Source: Deltaproteobacteria bacterium
GTDB taxonomy: Bacteria; Desulfobacterota; Dissulfuribacteria; Dissulfuribacterales; QOAL01
Direction of reading: 5' to 3'
NCBI GenBank assembly: GCA_024275145.1
Contig: JAJRZR010000093.1
Span: 7,228 to 71,227, forward strand
Length of the DNA stretch: 64,000 bases
Below the pieces are notes generated by a model that saw only the letters and a program-made list of their open reading frames with translations, was not told where the DNA came from and made no database searches. Position numbers and translations under genes: made by a program. Shown in pieces: positions 60,771-64,000 of this stretch. Numbering within the stretch: position 1 is the stretch's first letter; every line of letters starts with the position of its first letter.

Positions 60771-61351
60771 GAGAAAAGCCCTTCTTCGACCAGATCACAG
60801 ATGAGGTGGGCCAGAAATATCTGCACTTCCTGTATCCTGGGGGTATCTTCTGAATCCACTTCCAGGACCTTGTTGCAGTGTGACGCCATCATACGCGAGT
60901 TCCTTCCCGAAAAGCCTATGGTCATTACCCCCTTCCCCCGGGCCATATCGAAGGCCTTTATGACATTTGGGGAGCTGCCACTGGTACTTATTCCCCAAAG
61001 CACATCCCCTGTCTCTGCCAAGGCCTCCACCTGCTTGGAAAAGACAAGATCGAATGCATAGTCATTACCTATGGCTGTAAGTACCGATGTGTCAGTGGTC
61101 AGGGCAATGGCAGGCAGGGGACGTCTTTCCAGCCTGAACCGGTTGATGAATTCAGCGGCAATATGTTGTGCATCGGCAGCACTGCCGCCGTTTCCACATA
61201 TGAGCAATTTCCCACCGTCTTTAAAGCAATTACCTATGAGACTGGATATTGCCAATATTGTTTCCAGTTGGGTGGCAATGGTATTTCGATATGCCATCAG
61301 GGCATCTTCAAGTGACTTTTCTATAATGTGCATGCTATCATTACTTTTCAT
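60767..61351 (-). CDS. gmhA: SIS-domain protein, phosphoheptose isomerase (GmhA) / DiaA family
   Basis: 194 aa. LLICGNGGSAADAQHIAAEF...SVLTAIGNDY...GISTSGSSPNV. Its stop overlaps the downstream ATG as ATGA. Confidence 0.8.
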   Translation of the reverse strand: MKSNDSMHIIEKSLEDALMAYRNTIATQLETILAISSLIGNCFKDGGKLLICGNGGSAADAQHIAAEFINRFRLERRPLPAIALTTDTSVLTAIGNDYAFDLVFSKQVEALAETGDVLWGISTSGSSPNVIKAFDMARGKGVMTIGFSGRNSRMMASHCNKVLEVDSEDTPRIQEVQIFLAHLICDLVEEGLFS

Positions 61352-61504
61352 GGATACAAATGATTCTTCAATGTCTGATTAAAATTAATTGGCGCGTACG
61401 GCCGCATCCCTGCAATTAAGATGCGGTCCTGATGGAGAAGGAATATATTCTTCGATAAAATAACATATCAGGCTTCAAGCTCCTTTGAACATAATCTATT
61501 TTGT

Positions 61505-61523
61505 CATGAAAATACATCCTGAT
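61505..61523 (-). repeat. Copy of the recurring intergenic box (minus strand ATCAGGATGTATTTTCATG), 153 nt upstream of gmhA
   Basis: The plus strand reads CATGAAAATACATCCTGAT. The 15-nt core is identical to copy 1 and the flanks are about 58% identical. Confidence 0.6.
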
Positions 61524-61551
61524 CTTGGGTCGTATTTACCTGATAAGGTGG

Positions 61552-62160
61552 CTATTTGTTTTTTAATGGTTTGTAGGATTCAAGAGTTGCCCCAGTGGCA
61601 AGCAGCTTGCCAAGCGTTTCCGCCTCATTTATAGCGTCAGGATGTTGCCTTATGGCACCTTTTGCCTCGATCCCTCTATACAGGAGGGCTCCTTTGAAAT
61701 CGGTATCTATAGCGTCAAAAAAATAACGAATTGTTCTTAAAATTCCGTCAAAAAGTAGACGACCCTTTGTGGCGCCCTGGCAGAGCAAGACCCCTTTTCT
61801 TGTTTTGCCCCCAAACTTTCCCCTTTTTAATACATACTTTCCTATCCAACAGGCCTGGGATCTTTCTATTACCGCCTGGGTGCTGGCCGTAATGTTATAA
61901 AAAAATACAGGAGAGGCCACGACGATTACATCGGACGCCTCTATTTTTCTGTAGACCGTCCTCATTTCATCATCGATGATACATTCCCCGGTCTTGTCAC
62001 ATCCTCCGCATTCCAGGCAGGGGCTGATATGCATATGGGCAATTGGCAGCCGTTCCGTTTTTGCACCAGCATTCCGGGCGCCTGTGATCAGCGCTTGTGA
62101 CAAGATGTCCGAATTTCCACCTATCCTTGGAGACCCCATAAATAACAATATTTTTACCAC
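61552..62160 (-). CDS. Flavodoxin-fold NAD(P)H-dependent FMN reductase / iron-sulfur flavoprotein-like protein
   Basis: (M)VKILLFMGSPRIGGNS is the flavodoxin-like N-terminus. The compact Cys motif CLECGGCDKTGEC resembles Isf-type proteins. GTG 62160 lies after GAGAGG. The track start at 62223 is less likely. Confidence 0.7.
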   Translation of the reverse strand: MVKILLFMGSPRIGGNSDILSQALITGARNAGAKTERLPIAHMHISPCLECGGCDKTGECIIDDEMRTVYRKIEASDVIVVASPVFFYNITASTQAVIERSQACWIGKYVLKRGKFGGKTRKGVLLCQGATKGRLLFDGILRTIRYFFDAIDTDFKGALLYRGIEAKGAIRQHPDAINEAETLGKLLATGATLESYKPLKNK

Positions 62161-62561
62161 TTGCACCTCTCGGTTGTTTTTTACCAGGTATGATACCAGA
62201 GTTTCGCACGGTATGTACACCAAGCGCCGTGCTTCAAGGACGCAACTACAATCCTAATGGAGACAGATTCTCCATTTGAGTACCTTGGGGATTTCGGTCC
62301 ATGTCTTGCAGATATTAAAGGGATGTTGCCAGTTGTCGATAAGAATTACAAGTGCTGTTTAGAGGGGGGCATCATGTCTTGGGGCTTAACGTTGTATGAT
62401 TCATGCCGTCCGGGCCAGGAAAGCCATATCCCCTATCGATCTAAAAACCAATGACCGATCAAGGCAAGTATTTATAAACTTGCGAATTGCAGGCATCCAC
62501 AGGGGTACTATGTGGGGTGCTCCGTAATTGTCTGAGGAGATGCCTCAAAAGGAGCAGGAGA

Positions 62562-63638
62562 ATGAAGCACAATCTTGCGGGCCGACAGGTTCTCATGGAT
62601 GGTTCATCGTCAGCGGGTTCCGGTAGTGAAGGTATATTGAAGACAAAAGTGGGTGATTCCCCCAGGCACGACGGGCATCACGGCAACAGGCTCAATATGT
62701 TCCAAGATCTTATCTGGGCAAGCCACTCTCCCCTTGTGAATTTCATCCATTCTCCAGCCGCATATGCAGGCGGGGCAGGCATTATGTTGAGACACGTGTG
62801 GAACCGGCCCAGGAAGGCGATCAATTTGTCCATAAACTGTCTGAGGAAGATGGTAATGGAGGTTGCCTCTCTCCTGATAAGGCAAAAGAAGAAAGGGGCT
62901 GTTGGAGAAGGCGGCAATAATAATGGGATGGTCATTAGAAGACAGGTTGCAGAGCGCTTTCTGCAGGAGGGTTTCCCACCTGGAACAATGCCTGTTCAAC
63001 GTTCCTGTGCAAGTATCTGCAGATTCGTAGAGACAGACTCAGCCTCTTTTGAAATCCAGATAGATGTTGATAGCGTGCCGATGTGGAAGGGTTGGGCCGG
63101 TCGCAAGGGAGATTATCTTGACCTTGGTCTTGAACACCTGAGATTGGGTGAAGGTAGGGATAATAACCGTAATCGCCCCGGGCTTGTCCTTTTGGATGAT
63201 CACAGCCTGGACACAGGACGTTATTTAATTGCATTCCAGGACGTTACCACTATTTCCATTTTCGATAAGATATTCTCTGTCTCTACAACGCTTCTAGGCA
63301 GGCCGGATATGCCAGAGGCCGGAGAATCCGATCCATTCAATCTACCTGGCATCAGATTGACCCTGGCGCTACTCGATGGTAGCCATTTGGTCATAGACGC
63401 CCCTGAAGGTGGTATCATAGAAGGTGTGGATGTCTTCAAAGACGGCATCCATTTCCACGGGACAGGCAGGGGATGCCATGGCAGGCTGGATGATGGAAAA
63501 GTTAACCATGCACACGGGTCAATTGCCAGGACCTTGCGGAATCATCTGGATCGGATTGGAGGTGTTTTTACAGAAATAGTGCCAAGTGACAGGGGAGATC
63601 AACCGTTGGACAGGGATTCATGCCTGGCCGCCGTATGA
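62562..63638 (+). CDS. Orphan hypothetical protein (about 358 aa) with no motif I can recognise. Coding status uncertain
   Basis: It is the longest ORF in the region, with AAGGAG 7 nt before ATG 62562. The sequence is His/Gly/Arg/Asp-rich. The opposite strand carries only short ORFs in three different frames. Confidence 0.35.
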   Translation: MKHNLAGRQVLMDGSSSAGSGSEGILKTKVGDSPRHDGHHGNRLNMFQDLIWASHSPLVNFIHSPAAYAGGAGIMLRHVWNRPRKAINLSINCLRKMVMEVASLLIRQKKKGAVGEGGNNNGMVIRRQVAERFLQEGFPPGTMPVQRSCASICRFVETDSASFEIQIDVDSVPMWKGWAGRKGDYLDLGLEHLRLGEGRDNNRNRPGLVLLDDHSLDTGRYLIAFQDVTTISIFDKIFSVSTTLLGRPDMPEAGESDPFNLPGIRLTLALLDGSHLVIDAPEGGIIEGVDVFKDGIHFHGTGRGCHGRLDDGKVNHAHGSIARTLRNHLDRIGGVFTEIVPSDRGDQPLDRDSCLAAV

Positions 63639-64000
63639 TATGAAACCTTTCCGCCTATCCACTTGTCCCAAATTATGCAGCTCGCAAGTTTGCTAAGGAT
63701 ACAATGTGGAAGGGACACAGACGCACTTTGGCTCTTCGACTACCCGGTAACACAACATTTTGGATCTTCATGCGGCACGCGATTACAATGCCGCGTTCCC
63801 GATTAGACGTTTTCTTGCCCCTTTTTCATCTCATGTCTTAAAGTCGATCTTTACTTATATCCGATTGCTATTCGGGCCATATGTCCATTTTGGTCACATT
63901 GACGGCGTGGTTTTTTTGGTTTAGCGTGCCACACCGTGTGTATCAAGTTCCGGCAATAGGTCTTATACACATGACCTGTGATTATATCTAGCGTGAAAAA

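Noticed and set aside
62610-63448. Three successive minus-strand ORFs in frames 2, 1 and 0 as a frameshifted transposase or TnpB-like pseudogene
   Set aside because: A CPAC...C pattern in one fragment was the only hint. There is no DDE/RuvC-like motif, no terminal inverted repeats and no target duplication. I kept this as an alternative under the orphan-ORF finding and did not call it.

Overview
The window is a gene-dense chromosomal segment from an anaerobe. The gene content (Flx/Hdr-type redox module, lipoprotein multihaem cytochrome, many PAS/GAF sensor kinases) points to a Desulfobacterota-like (deltaproteobacterial) organism; that taxonomic call is inference only. Most of it is housekeeping: two tandem tRNA-Ser genes, metK-ahcY, ppsA, a tight corA/unknown/phoH/ybeY-pdxJ/acpS operon, recD2, DAHP synthase, folC, ilvE, rnr, ligA, efp-epmA, uvrD and hemC-cobA/hemD. 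Five things deserve a second look. (1) A seven-gene hdr/flx electron-bifurcation-type cluster (29.4-37.1 kb, minus strand) starts with an HdrD-like Fe-S gene that the ORF track splits in two. The split is a single in-frame TGA followed by a hairpin, so this is a probable selenocysteine codon with a SECIS-like element. (2) An uncharacterised three-gene envelope operon (46.6-52.7 kb) sits behind a 440-nt leader directly downstream of a GGDEF gene. It encodes a CsgG-like lipoprotein, a 1130-aa secreted protein with seven W-x-[DE]-x-R repeats plus four tandem Ig-like modules, and a second secreted protein. (3) A roughly 19-nt box, GGCAGGATGTATTTTCA(C/T)G, recurs five times, only in intergenic DNA and always in the same orientation relative to the downstream gene. 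(4) YbeY and PdxJ are joined in one reading frame, yet pdxJ keeps its own internal Shine-Dalgarno and ATG. (5) A lipoprotein cytochrome carries nine haem-binding motifs. I saw no CRISPR array, transposase, integrase or prophage gene. All calls come from reading the sequence and recalling protein families; no database search was run.
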